DNA of 64,000 nucleotides, taken from a virus. The position numbers and the translations under genes were made by a program. Of this stretch, positions 1 to 8,334 are shown in pieces. The stretch is from positions 32,001 through 96,000 of IMG/VR virus record IMGVR_UViG_3300040759_000032; one strand, 5' to 3'. Every line of letters starts with the position of its first letter. The first letter of the stretch is position 1. The notes beneath the pieces were generated by a model, which made no database searches, was not told where the DNA came from, and was given only the letters and a program-made list of their open reading frames with translations.

Positions 1-272
1 CGTCTTCGCGCCCGTCCCAGTGCAGCCCCGACAGCAGCGCGGTACTGGTCGGGCACTGCCAGGGCTTGCGGCACTCGCGGCACTTCCCGCCGCCGTCGGC
101 CGAGCATGTCCTCGGCGTGACGCTCCGCGTCGTCAACGGCTTCCTCGACGGTCGCGCCCGCGCCGAGGAAGTCGTACTCCTCGCCGTTCTTCTCGGCGCG
201 GACGGTCACGGCGAACGCGGCTGGCGCGCACGTGCACCCGATCAGCCTGGGCTGCTTCCTGGCGTTGCTCAT
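1..272 (-). CDS. Hypothetical protein, leaderless, runs off window end (MSNARKQPRLIGC...)
   Basis: ATG at 272 preceded by TACAAT-N6; GC3-rich codons; reading frame may shift near position ~100. Confidence 0.55.
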   Translation of the reverse strand, partial: MSNARKQPRLIGCTCAPAAFAVTVRAEKNGEEYDFLGAGATVEEAVDDAERHAEDMLGRRRREVPRVPQALAVPDQYRAAVGAALGRARR

Positions 273-338
273 GAATGAATTGTACAACGCGTCTCTTTGT
301 ACAAGCAAGCTCTTTCGGAATTGAGTTACGATGTACTC
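273..338. promoter_or_regulatory. Divergent leaderless promoters with two TTGTACAA palindromes (Phd/YefM-type operator)
   Basis: TTGTACAA at 280-287 and 297-304; -10-like TACAAT (minus) and TACGAT (plus), each 6 nt before an ATG. Confidence 0.7.
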
Positions 339-563
339 ATGGACGAGATCCCCGGCACCATGCCGGTAAGCGACGCGAGAGCCAACCTCACCGAGGTCGT
401 CAACGCCGTTCGCCTTCAGGACCGGACAGTTCGCCTCACCCGGCGCGGCACGCAGCAGGCCGCGATCGTGCCGACCGACGTACTTGACCTCATCGAGGAG
501 GCGGGCGGCCTCGACCGCGCCCGCGAAGGGCTCCGCCGCCTTGCGGTCGACGACGCGAACTAG
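339..563 (+). CDS. Phd/YefM family antitoxin-like regulator (no adjacent toxin recognised)
   Basis: MPVSDARANLTEVVNAV...VRLTRRGTQQAAIVP is the Phd/YefM N-terminal signature. Confidence 0.85.
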   Translation: MDEIPGTMPVSDARANLTEVVNAVRLQDRTVRLTRRGTQQAAIVPTDVLDLIEEAGGLDRAREGLRRLAVDDAN

Positions 564-814
564 TCCGCCCACCATTGCCCCTTCAATTCGAACCGTTCCC
601 GCAGTTCCCGCCTCAAGTCGCCGAGCGTCCGCCCGGTCACTTCCTCGCACCCGGCCGGCCGTGGCGCTCGCCTGTCCTGCGCAGCCGCATAGAGGTAGGC
701 GCGCCACCGCCGGCCTTCATCGAGGCAGATCCCCGCGTGCTTGCCGTCCGCGAGGATGTCAGCGGCGCCGACGTCGTAGGCGGGGAAGGTCAGGCGCGCC
801 GGGCGGTCAGTCAT
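560..814 (-). CDS. Hypothetical phage protein
   Basis: MTDRPARLTF...; coupled to upstream ORF. Confidence 0.6.
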   Translation of the reverse strand: MTDRPARLTFPAYDVGAADILADGKHAGICLDEGRRWRAYLYAAAQDRRAPRPAGCEEVTGRTLGDLRRELRERFELKGQWWAD

Positions 815-1055
815 CGCCGCAGTCCTTGCACAGATAGCACCCGTCGCCGTCGGCGCGGATCGTGTCGCCTGGCTCAATGTCCTCCCAGCAGCCGCGGCAC
901 ATGCCGGGGAACTGCGCGGTGAACCAGGGGCCGTAGACGCCCGGCTCCGTAGCGCCCCGGGCCGCATCGCGCCCGGCCGCCTTCGCCCGGCCCTCGGCCC
1001 CATTGCAGACCGCGCACCCGGCCGGATCCATGTCGTGGATGCAAGGCTCAGCCAC
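807..1055 (-). CDS. Small Cys-rich (Zn-binding) protein
   Basis: CxxC pairs; overlapping start/stop. Confidence 0.65.
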   Translation of the reverse strand: MAEPCIHDMDPAGCAVCNGAEGRAKAAGRDAARGATEPGVYGPWFTAQFPGMCRGCWEDIEPGDTIRADGDGCYLCKDCGDD

Positions 1056-1317
1056 GGCCGCCCCCGAGCCCCCTCCGCAGCAGGACGGCCATCCACGCGG
1101 TCCCGGCGGCCTCGGCGAGCATCTCCCGCACGATCGCCTCGGCCTCCGCCCGCACGGCCGCCCGGTGCCGCTCCCGCCACTCGTCGCACGCCCGGACGTA
1201 AAGGCCGCGCGCCCTCATCCAGGCGAGCCCGCCCGCCTCCCCGGCCGCCCGGCAGACGGCGAGCAGCTCCTCGTCGGTGACCTCCGGGGCGCGCTTCACG
1301 GTGGCCGTGGCGCTCAC
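1048..1317 (-). CDS. Hypothetical phage protein
   Basis: Coupled ORF, codon bias. Confidence 0.6.
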   Translation of the reverse strand: MSATATVKRAPEVTDEELLAVCRAAGEAGGLAWMRARGLYVRACDEWRERHRAAVRAEAEAIVREMLAEAAGTAWMAVLLRRGLGGGRG

Positions 1318-1544
1318 GACGGGCTCCCCGCTGTCTCGTCCGGCTCAGGCTCCCCGTTGACGACCCGGATCGCCGCGTCCTGCGCCGCGATCAGCTCAGG
1401 CGAGCCGAGTCCCGCGCCGCGCTTGTACGCCGCGTAGACGGCCCGCTGGAGGGGCACGGGCACCAGCCGCCAGCAGCCGCCGCACATCAGCAGCCGGTCT
1501 CCCACGGTCCGCCTGCAGCCGCTGCGGGGGCACTGGTGGCTCAT
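1314..1544 (-). CDS. Small Cys-containing phage protein
   Basis: HQCPRSGC...MCGGCW; overlapping start/stop. Confidence 0.65.
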   Translation of the reverse strand: MSHQCPRSGCRRTVGDRLLMCGGCWRLVPVPLQRAVYAAYKRGAGLGSPELIAAQDAAIRVVNGEPEPDETAGSPS

Positions 1545-1744
1545 GACGGCTCGCCGCCTTCCTTCTGGCCGCGCAGCAGGGCGCGGATCTCCGCCTCCCT
1601 GAATCTCCGGTGGCCCCCGGGAGTGCGGATGCTGCTTATGCGCCCAGACGCCGCCCAGCGCGTGACAGTCTTCGGGTCGACACGGAACATCTCGGCTACC
1701 TCTCCCGGGGTGAGGAGCCTGCCTTCCGGGGTGATCTCAGGCAT
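1541..1744 (-). CDS. bldC: BldC-family (MerR-like HTH) DNA-binding protein
   Basis: LLTPGEVAEMFRVDPKTVTRWAASGRISSIRTPGGHRRFREAEIRALL closely follows the BldC consensus. Confidence 0.9.
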   Translation of the reverse strand: MPEITPEGRLLTPGEVAEMFRVDPKTVTRWAASGRISSIRTPGGHRRFREAEIRALLRGQKEGGEPS

Positions 1745-2192
1745 CTGGAATCCTTTCCGCTTCCCCGGCCGCCCGCTCGGCCGAGGCCGCCCGGACATGC
1801 AACTGGTCGTTCTCCTCGGACTGCCGCTCGATCAGCGCCACGGCGCAGCGGTGGTGATCCGGAAAGCGCCAGCAGTGGAAGAAATGCGTGAGCGGCTCGT
1901 CGCCGTCGCCGCCCGCCTCGTCGCCGACGAGGTCCGGTGCGCCGCGACCGCCGAGGGTCTTCCGGATGCTGTTGGCGAGGTCCTGCGCGACCTTGAACAT
2001 GCCGATCTCGCTGTGCCCGTACTGGCCGAGGAAGCACGCGATCCCCTCCCGGGCGTCGGAGATGAGCGCCTCCGCCGCGTCGGCCCGCTCCCGCTCGAAC
2101 GCGATCGCGTCCTGCGCCTGCTGGAGCAGGAGAGCGCGGGCGATCAGCTCGTCGTCGCCCAGCTCGATCGCCGCGGCTTTCGTCCCGGCCAT
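1737..2192 (-). CDS. Hypothetical phage protein
   Basis: Coupled ORF. Confidence 0.6.
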   Translation of the reverse strand: MAGTKAAAIELGDDELIARALLLQQAQDAIAFERERADAAEALISDAREGIACFLGQYGHSEIGMFKVAQDLANSIRKTLGGRGAPDLVGDEAGGDGDEPLTHFFHCWRFPDHHRCAVALIERQSEENDQLHVRAASAERAAGEAERIPDA

Positions 2193-2193
2193 C

Positions 2194-2505
2194 TCAGCCC
2201 TCCCCGATTTCGGGTGCGCAGGGAAGCTCGTAGAGGTGGAACACGAGCCCTTGCGGCGTCCGGGGGCAGGTGCCGCGCCACTTCGCGCCCTCCGGCAGCG
2301 GGTGGCCGGTCCCGAAGACCCGGAACGCGCGGTTAACCTGCGGCGCCCCCTCGGCGCTCTCGGCCCAGAACTCGACCGAGGAGTCGGCCCAGCCGCCGCC
2401 GAAGTCGAAGGCGACCGCGACAGGGCTGCCGGAAAGGGGGATGGCGTGCGCCCGGTCGTCGATCGGGACCAGGTAGCGGAACATGGTGCGGTTGACCTCG
2501 GTCAT
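2194..2505 (-). CDS. Conserved-looking small phage protein (FWAE...FRVFGTGHPLP...FHLYE)
   Basis: Motif pattern typical of small phage proteins; coupled ORF. Confidence 0.7.
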   Translation of the reverse strand: MTEVNRTMFRYLVPIDDRAHAIPLSGSPVAVAFDFGGGWADSSVEFWAESAEGAPQVNRAFRVFGTGHPLPEGAKWRGTCPRTPQGLVFHLYELPCAPEIGEG

Positions 2506-2999
2506 GATCCGCCTGCCTTCCCGGCGAGTTTCCTGTACTCGTCCGCCTCGTCCCCGGTGATGGCCCGTGACGCCTCCGCCCGGTCAGCCAGGTTGGCGAG
2601 GGCGGTGCGGAGTTCCTCCCTGTCGGCCGCCGGCTTCGCTTCGGGCGTGCTGAAGACCGCGATCAGCTCCGCATGGCACGCGCCGAGCGCCTCCGCCACG
2701 GCTAGCCCCTCGCTGCCGCACTCGTCGCCCTGGTCGAGTAGCCGCTGCCCGTTGTGCCGGTTCCGGTTGGCGCTGGCCTCCCACTTCGCGGCGAGCGCGG
2801 CAAGTTTGGCGCGCAGCTGCTCGAGCTCGGCGCGGAGCGCGGGAATGTCGCGAAGGTCCTGCGAGCTGTTCCCGGCCTCGTCGAACCATGCCCCGCAGCA
2901 GGGGCAAAGGCGGGCTTCGCAGTTGACGCAGGCGATGTCGCCGGCATCGCAGTTGGAGCGGAATTCCTCGCCGCACAGTCCGCAGATGTAGTCCTTCAT
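2502..2999 (-). CDS. Zn-ribbon plus coiled-coil hypothetical protein
   Basis: MKDYICGLCG...CVNCEARLCPCCG. Confidence 0.6.
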   Translation of the reverse strand: MKDYICGLCGEEFRSNCDAGDIACVNCEARLCPCCGAWFDEAGNSSQDLRDIPALRAELEQLRAKLAALAAKWEASANRNRHNGQRLLDQGDECGSEGLAVAEALGACHAELIAVFSTPEAKPAADREELRTALANLADRAEASRAITGDEADEYRKLAGKAGGS

Positions 3000-4123
3000 C
3001 AGAAGGGCTCCAATCCGGAGTTCTTGATCAGGCCGGCGATCCTTTCCGCCAGGCGGTCGCCGTTGACGACGACCCCCTGCGATGTCCCTGCCGCCTGTTT
3101 GGGGTTCTGGCACATCCGCCAGATCATGTCGATGACCGCGCGCAGCTCGTCCGCGTCGGATGCCGCTACGCCTCCCGGCGTGCGGCCGGTGACGGGGTTC
3201 TCCGGGTCGGGCCACTCGTCGATCGGCGTGGTGTCCGGCACGTCCATCGCGGCGATCCGCATGGCGATCTGCTCGAGCACCCCGAACGAGTCCTCGTCCT
3301 CGGGCGCGTTGGCCGCCATGACCCCGATCTCGTCCAGCAGCTCGCGGAGATGGTCGGCCTCGGCGTGGGCTTTGTCGACGATCGGCTGCCAGTCCTCGGC
3401 CACGGCGAGGCGAACCGCCTCGACCGGTGTCAGCTCGGGCGTGGGCTGCTCCGAGATCGGCAGCAGTGCCCGCAGTTCGCTCACCCATTCCGGGTGATCT
3501 CCGTGATTGGCCTCCACCCACCGGGCAAGCTCCGCAGGCGAGGACAGCGTCTCGGCCAGCTCGGGCGCAGCCTGGGGCTCACGGTCGGCGAGCAGCTTGC
3601 GGAGCCGGTCGCGCTCGGCGAAGACTTCGCTGACCTCGATCTCGCCGTAGCAGCACAGGCCGTCGCAGGCGCAGTCACGCGCGTCGGCGTCCTCGCTGCC
3701 GAGCCTGCACCCGCACCCGTTCGGGCACAGCGGCCAGCCCGACGCGGCAGTGACCGCAATCTGCCAGCCCGCGACGAAGCCGGCCCTGCTGCCGACGTCA
3801 CCGGGGTTGCGGTGCTCGATCCACTGCTCGTACGCGACCTCGGCATTGCCGGGCGCGGGCTGCGGCTCAAGCGCGGCCAGCTCCTTGCGGAGCCTGACGT
3901 TCTCGCGCATGGCGGCGGCGAGCTCGGCGGGCTGGCTGAGCCGCGCGATGGCGGTCGCGGCGACATCGGCGGCGGCTTCCTCCATCCGTTCTTGCTTCTC
4001 CGGCGGCAGTTGATCCCAGGTGGCGAAGTCGCTGGCAGGCCGGCCGAAAGCAGCATGGGCAGAGTCCCGCAGCGAGCCGTGGAGCACCCGGCCGAGCGTT
4101 GGCCCGTCCGTCTCGCCGCTCAC
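2999..4123 (-). CDS. Hypothetical phage protein with Cys cluster
   Basis: GTGA coupling; CPNGCGC...CACDGLCC. Confidence 0.65.
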   Translation of the reverse strand: MSGETDGPTLGRVLHGSLRDSAHAAFGRPASDFATWDQLPPEKQERMEEAAADVAATAIARLSQPAELAAAMRENVRLRKELAALEPQPAPGNAEVAYEQWIEHRNPGDVGSRAGFVAGWQIAVTAASGWPLCPNGCGCRLGSEDADARDCACDGLCCYGEIEVSEVFAERDRLRKLLADREPQAAPELAETLSSPAELARWVEANHGDHPEWVSELRALLPISEQPTPELTPVEAVRLAVAEDWQPIVDKAHAEADHLRELLDEIGVMAANAPEDEDSFGVLEQIAMRIAAMDVPDTTPIDEWPDPENPVTGRTPGGVAASDADELRAVIDMIWRMCQNPKQAAGTSQGVVVNGDRLAERIAGLIKNSGLEPF

Positions 4124-4323
4124 CACGCGTTCACCTCGATCGGCTGCGAGCCGGCCGGCGGCTGGCCCGAGCACGGCTTGATCGCCCCGTCCTGCTCGCG
4201 GGCAGTCACCTCATAGGCGTGGCACTTGACGCAGCGGAACAGGTCGGTGTGCGACTCGTAGTGGAATTCGTGGCCGCCGAACGGGTCCGGCTCCGGCGAC
4301 TCGGCCGGCGTCGGGGCGCTCAC
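4120..4323 (-). CDS. Hypothetical protein
   Basis: Coupled ORF, CxxC. Confidence 0.6.
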   Translation of the reverse strand: MSAPTPAESPEPDPFGGHEFHYESHTDLFRCVKCHAYEVTAREQDGAIKPCSGQPPAGSQPIEVNAW

Positions 4324-4967
4324 GCCGCGCCGCCGTAGACCGGCCCGCTAGCCGCCTGCTCGACGGCGGCGTCTTCGCAGCAGTCACGGCACCCGCATCC
4401 GGGAGCGTGGCCGTTGGAGGCGGAAGCGCCGGACGGGTCGCCGGCACCTTCAAGGACCGCGTCCACCTTGGCGAGCGCGTCCCTCGCTATCGCGGCGAGC
4501 TTGTCGTCAGTGCCCAGCTTGACGAGTTGAAGCGCGTGAGTGGCGGCAGTCAGGGCGGTGCGCGCCTGCCAGTAGCCGGGGGTCTCGCCGTCCTCCTCAG
4601 GCTCGGGGTCGTCCGTCAGGCGCATGTCGATCGCGCTGAGTAGCTGCACGGCTAGGTCGCGCGGACGCGCCGGCGTGGCCAGCCACACGCTGTCGCCGGG
4701 GGCTGAGTGCACGCGGGTGACGAGCAGTTCCCTGCCGTCGAGAACGGCGGCGAGAGCGTCCACGGTGACCGCCGGCGGTGCGGCGGCGATCGCGGCCTGC
4801 GCGCCCGCCTCGGCGTCCGCGCGGTCCTCCGCCGGCAGGAGGTGCCACGACACGAACTGGTCGCCGGCGGGGAGCCCTGCGCGGGCGAAGCTGCTGTCCC
4901 GTCGCGCCTCCCAGTCTGCCTGCCCTGGGGTCACCACGGCGGGAGCGGTATCGGATGTGCCGGTCAT
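4320..4967 (-). CDS. Hypothetical protein
   Basis: ATGA coupling, codon bias. Confidence 0.6.
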   Translation of the reverse strand: MTGTSDTAPAVVTPGQADWEARRDSSFARAGLPAGDQFVSWHLLPAEDRADAEAGAQAAIAAAPPAVTVDALAAVLDGRELLVTRVHSAPGDSVWLATPARPRDLAVQLLSAIDMRLTDDPEPEEDGETPGYWQARTALTAATHALQLVKLGTDDKLAAIARDALAKVDAVLEGAGDPSGASASNGHAPGCGCRDCCEDAAVEQAASGPVYGGAA

Positions 4968-5320
4968 GATTCCTCCCAGGACTGCATTGCGGAGCGGACG
5001 GTCTCGGCGACCTTCCGGCCGTCGGAGGACCGGAGCCGGATCGCCAGCACGGGGCATGCCTGCATGGCGGTGTCCTTGCCGGCGTAGATGGCGGCGGTCA
5101 TGAGGGTCGCGACGGGCATCGCGCCCTGCTCGCCGTTCGCCTTCGCGGCGGCGAGGCTGGCGCGGTCCTGCGCGGCGGCGTCCTTGATCATCTGGTCAAC
5201 CTCGCCGGAGGTGATCGTGGGGGGGGTGACGCAGTTGCGGTCCCACGGGCAGGTCGCGCAGAGCATCGCGGGGTCCGCGCCTCTCGTCAGCGCTGCGGCG
5301 ACCGCTTGGTAATCGCTCAA
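4964..5320 (-). CDS. Hypothetical protein
   Basis: SD AAGGAAG upstream; CATCPWDRNC. Confidence 0.65.
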   Translation of the reverse strand: MSDYQAVAAALTRGADPAMLCATCPWDRNCVTPPTITSGEVDQMIKDAAAQDRASLAAAKANGEQGAMPVATLMTAAIYAGKDTAMQACPVLAIRLRSSDGRKVAETVRSAMQSWEES

Positions 5321-5358
5321 CTCGGGTGCTTCCTTTCTCGGTGAAGCCTTGGGGGTTT

Positions 5359-5398
5359 CCGCGCCCGTCCCGCAGGGGGGTGAACGGGACGGGCGCGG
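5359..5398. terminator. 14-bp GC hairpin, probable terminator/attenuator
   Basis: CCGCGCCCGTCCCG...CGGGACGGGCGCGG in intergenic gap. Confidence 0.6.
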
Positions 5399-5411
5399 GG
5401 AATCGGGGGGG

Positions 5412-5765
5412 CTAGCTGGACGCGGAGACGGTCCCGCCGGGGGGCCAGTGCTGGCCGAGGTAGCTCTCGCACTGCGCCTGATCGACGTTGAGGTCGGCGG
5501 TTCCGGACTGCCCGCCGCTCGTGAACGTGAGCTTGCAGACCTGCGGGTCGGGCATGTTCGCGGTGGAGTAGTCGAGGCAGTACGCGACGCCCCCGTTCTT
5601 GCCGGGGTAGGACATCATGTCGCAGGCGGTGTTGACGCTCTGGACGGTCGGCGGCTCCCACGACCAGGCGGTGACCTTGCCGGACGAGGGGCCGCCGCTG
5701 CCGCACCCGGCGAGCAGGAGGGCGGCCGGGCCGACGGCGAGGGCCATACGGAGCGAGCGCCTCAC
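5412..5765 (-). CDS. Lipoprotein
   Basis: Signal peptide with lipobox LLLAG-C. Confidence 0.7.
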   Translation of the reverse strand: MRRSLRMALAVGPAALLLAGCGSGGPSSGKVTAWSWEPPTVQSVNTACDMMSYPGKNGGVAYCLDYSTANMPDPQVCKLTFTSGGQSGTADLNVDQAQCESYLGQHWPPGGTVSASS

Positions 5766-5978
5766 CGGCGGTCCTTCAGCGCGAGAATGCCCACGACCAT
5801 GCCGATGATGATCAGGACGACGACGCCCAGCGCCGCGCCGATCCACAGCGGCGACAGCACCCAGACCCACGACCAGCCGATCTTGTGGATGAGCTTGAGG
5901 ACGATGAAGGCGATCGTCAGCAGGCCGGTGAAGCCGACCCCGCCCGACGACGCCGACGAGCTGTTTGTTGGTGCTCAC
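5762..5978 (-). CDS. Small two-TM phage membrane protein, frameshifted near the 5' end
   Basis: GGVGFTGLLTIAFIVLKLIHKIGWSWVWVLSPLW is out of frame with the GTG at 5978 by one extra A (~5964). Confidence 0.6.
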
Positions 5979-6328
5979 GGGGTTCTCCTTGGAGTTCTCT
6001 TGCCGCTCCGGATCGACCGGGCGGCGCTTATCGGGATCACGTTCGGCGGCGGGGGGTTCAGCGGCACCACCGCGGCTTCCAGGGGCTTGCAGGTGGTCGC
6101 GGGCAGGTGGGGCATGAACCGCTTCTCGAAGTCCCACGGCGCGTCTTCCCTGCCGAGCTGCCTCGTCCGCCAGGTCCCGTCGCCGTCCTGCCATGCCGCC
6201 TGGTTCCCGCCCTCGTCCGGCTCCGGGTCGAGGGCGATCCACCGGTTGCGGGCCTCCGTCCGGGCGGCTATCACCGGGCGGCGGCAGGCACGGCAGGTCC
6301 GGTTCGCCGCAGGCTTCGGGGCGGTCAC
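5975..6328 (-). CDS. Hypothetical Zn-binding phage protein
   Basis: CRACRRP...IALDPEP...MPHLPATTC. Confidence 0.65.
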   Translation of the reverse strand: MTAPKPAANRTCRACRRPVIAARTEARNRWIALDPEPDEGGNQAAWQDGDGTWRTRQLGREDAPWDFEKRFMPHLPATTCKPLEAAVVPLNPPPPNVIPISAARSIRSGKRTPRRTP

Positions 6329-6708
6329 GGGTCATGCCCTTCGCGGAGAAGCTCCAGCTCGCCCGTCGCCCGGAGAGCAGGCTGCGGCCCGGTGGCCCTC
6401 GCGCGCACTTCCTCGATCGCGCTTCGGAGAGCCTCCCGCCCCCGCCGGGTCGCTTCCGGGTCCGTCGGGACAGAAGCCCTCGGCCTGCGGGCGGAGTTCC
6501 GGAGAGTCGCCGGGGTCTCCTCCCGTGCCCACATCAGGCGGGCCACCTCCCGGTAGACGTCACGCCAGGGCCAGCCGGCGTGATTAGCCGCCGTCATGGC
6601 GTCACGGAGGTCGGCCGGGTCCCAGTCGGGGCGCATGGCGCACGCCAGGGCGTGAAGCTGGGTGTAAGCCGGGAGGGGCTCCCAGGGGGTCTCGTCGGCG
6701 TCGGTCAT
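6325..6708 (-). CDS. Hypothetical protein
   Basis: Coupled ORF. Confidence 0.6.
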   Translation of the reverse strand: MTDADETPWEPLPAYTQLHALACAMRPDWDPADLRDAMTAANHAGWPWRDVYREVARLMWAREETPATLRNSARRPRASVPTDPEATRRGREALRSAIEEVRARATGPQPALRATGELELLREGHDP

Positions 6709-7709
6709 CAGGCAGCGCCCCCGAACAGGTCAGGCTGAATCGGCTTGGACAGACGGGCCTTGATCAGCTCGGCGGACTTCAGATCCCTCTCGATGAGGAT
6801 GCAGCGGAAGCCATTGATGACGCAGACCTCGCCGACAGGACCACTCCCGGCGAACATGTCGAGGACAGTCCCACCCGGAGGCGTGATCAGCTTCACCAGC
6901 CAGGACATAAGCCCGAGGCTTTTCACGGTCTCGTGAGCCGTGCCGTCCGCAAGCCGGGGTCGCTCCGATGCCGGGGCCTTGGCCTGGTAGCGGAAGGTCG
7001 GGTAGAACCTGCTCGCGCCGCCCGTGTCGCCGTACGTCGCAGGATGTTCCCGGCCGGTCATCGCGCCGTACGTTCCCGCCCTCTTGCCGTTGTCGGCATG
7101 GTGTGCGGCAAACATCCCGCTGGTGAGCACACCGCTTTGCCGGTCAAGTTCGGCGACCGGGCAGTCATCGGCGCACCGCCACGCCTCAACGACCTCCGTT
7201 CCGCTTGCCCGCTCCGCCAACCCGGACTGCCCGTGCAGCCCGCTCTCGTACCCGCTCGCACCCCGCGCCGCAGGATGATGCCCGTCGGAGCGGACCTCCC
7301 GGATCCCGGCCGACTCACAGGCCGCTGAGTGGGTGAAGACGATGTTCGCTGGCCACCGCCCAGTCACCTCCGACGGCCGCCCTTCCGAGGCCGTCACGGT
7401 CGGCCGGTAGCCCGCCTCGACCCGGGACACCCGCTGGAGACTGGTCGCCCCGCCGGCGTTGTTCGTCCGCTGCCCGCTGCCCGCCCGACAGGCTGCGATG
7501 TTCAGCGCCCCTGTGCCGTGCGCCAGGATGTTGGCCGCCACGGTGCCCGCGAGAGGCTTGCGGACGAGCCACCACATCTCCTGGCCTGGCTTGAGCGCAG
7601 TGTTCTGCCCTTCGATCTCGGCCAGTTCGGGCGGCATCTCGAACGTGCCGTCATCGTGATGCGTGACCTCGAACGTCCTACCGTGAAGCGTTACCGGCAA
7701 GCGCCGCAT
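6708..7709 (-). CDS. N4/N6 DNA methyltransferase, C-terminal subunit (SAM-binding motif I)
   Basis: TALKPGQE..RKPL..GTGALNI; HETVKSLGLMSWLVKLITPPGGTVLDMFAGSG; own SD GAGGGGGTGGAG. Confidence 0.85.
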   Translation of the reverse strand: MRRLPVTLHGRTFEVTHHDDGTFEMPPELAEIEGQNTALKPGQEMWWLVRKPLAGTVAANILAHGTGALNIAACRAGSGQRTNNAGGATSLQRVSRVEAGYRPTVTASEGRPSEVTGRWPANIVFTHSAACESAGIREVRSDGHHPAARGASGYESGLHGQSGLAERASGTEVVEAWRCADDCPVAELDRQSGVLTSGMFAAHHADNGKRAGTYGAMTGREHPATYGDTGGASRFYPTFRYQAKAPASERPRLADGTAHETVKSLGLMSWLVKLITPPGGTVLDMFAGSGPVGEVCVINGFRCILIERDLKSAELIKARLSKPIQPDLFGGAA

Positions 7710-8334
7710 CGAACTCCACCCCCTCGAACGAGCACCAGAACGCGCCCTCTAGAAGTTGGGCGTGCATGTTGTCGTGACAGTCCCAGCACACGGCCATGAG
7801 GTTGTCGAAGTCGTAGAGCGCCCCGCCGAGCGCGCGGGGGTGCAGGTGATGAACGTGCTCGACGGGCGCGCTGCAACAGCCTTCGCAGACGTCGCCGACC
7901 ATCGCCAGGTAGGCGGCGCGGACCTGCCGCCACCGCCAGGAACTGACGCGCTTCGGGTTGTACTGGCCGCCCGGCACCCACGAGCCGTCGCCCCCGAGGA
8001 GCAGGGACGTGTAGCTGTTCCGGCAGCCGGCCGAGCAGCAGGGAACGTGACCTCGCTCGTCCCGCTTCCGCTGCTCGCTCAGGTAAGAGTCGAAGATGGC
8101 GCCGCACACGAAACAGGCCACCGCGATATGCCGGGAGTCCTTAAAGCAGTCCCAGGAGCAGTAGACCCGATCCGGCTGCCTCGGGTCGCGCGGGAATGGC
8201 TCCCGGCACCCGGCGCACGCCATCAGCGGCCGATGGAAGGCCTTGCGGCATTCCCGGTTGCAGTGCGCGCCGGCGAGATGCGACGGGGGCCGGTTGAGCG
8301 GTTTACCGCACGCCGAGCAGGGCCTTACCGCCAT
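7678..8334 (-). CDS. Zn-finger-repeat HNH homing endonuclease
   Basis: Three CxxC...CxxxC repeats, then HVHHLHP...NLMAVCWDCHDNMH. Confidence 0.88.
   Translation of the reverse strand: MAVRPCSACGKPLNRPPSHLAGAHCNRECRKAFHRPLMACAGCREPFPRDPRQPDRVYCSWDCFKDSRHIAVACFVCGAIFDSYLSEQRKRDERGHVPCCSAGCRNSYTSLLLGGDGSWVPGGQYNPKRVSSWRWRQVRAAYLAMVGDVCEGCCSAPVEHVHHLHPRALGGALYDFDNLMAVCWDCHDNMHAQLLEGAFWCSFEGVEFDAALAGNASR

Noticed and set aside
7678-8334. Group I intron or intein explanation for the HNH inside the MTase
   Set aside because: The HNH ORF overlaps both MTase halves, leaving no room for a ribozyme core; no Cys1/HN intein motifs; the downstream half has its own SD and ATG.
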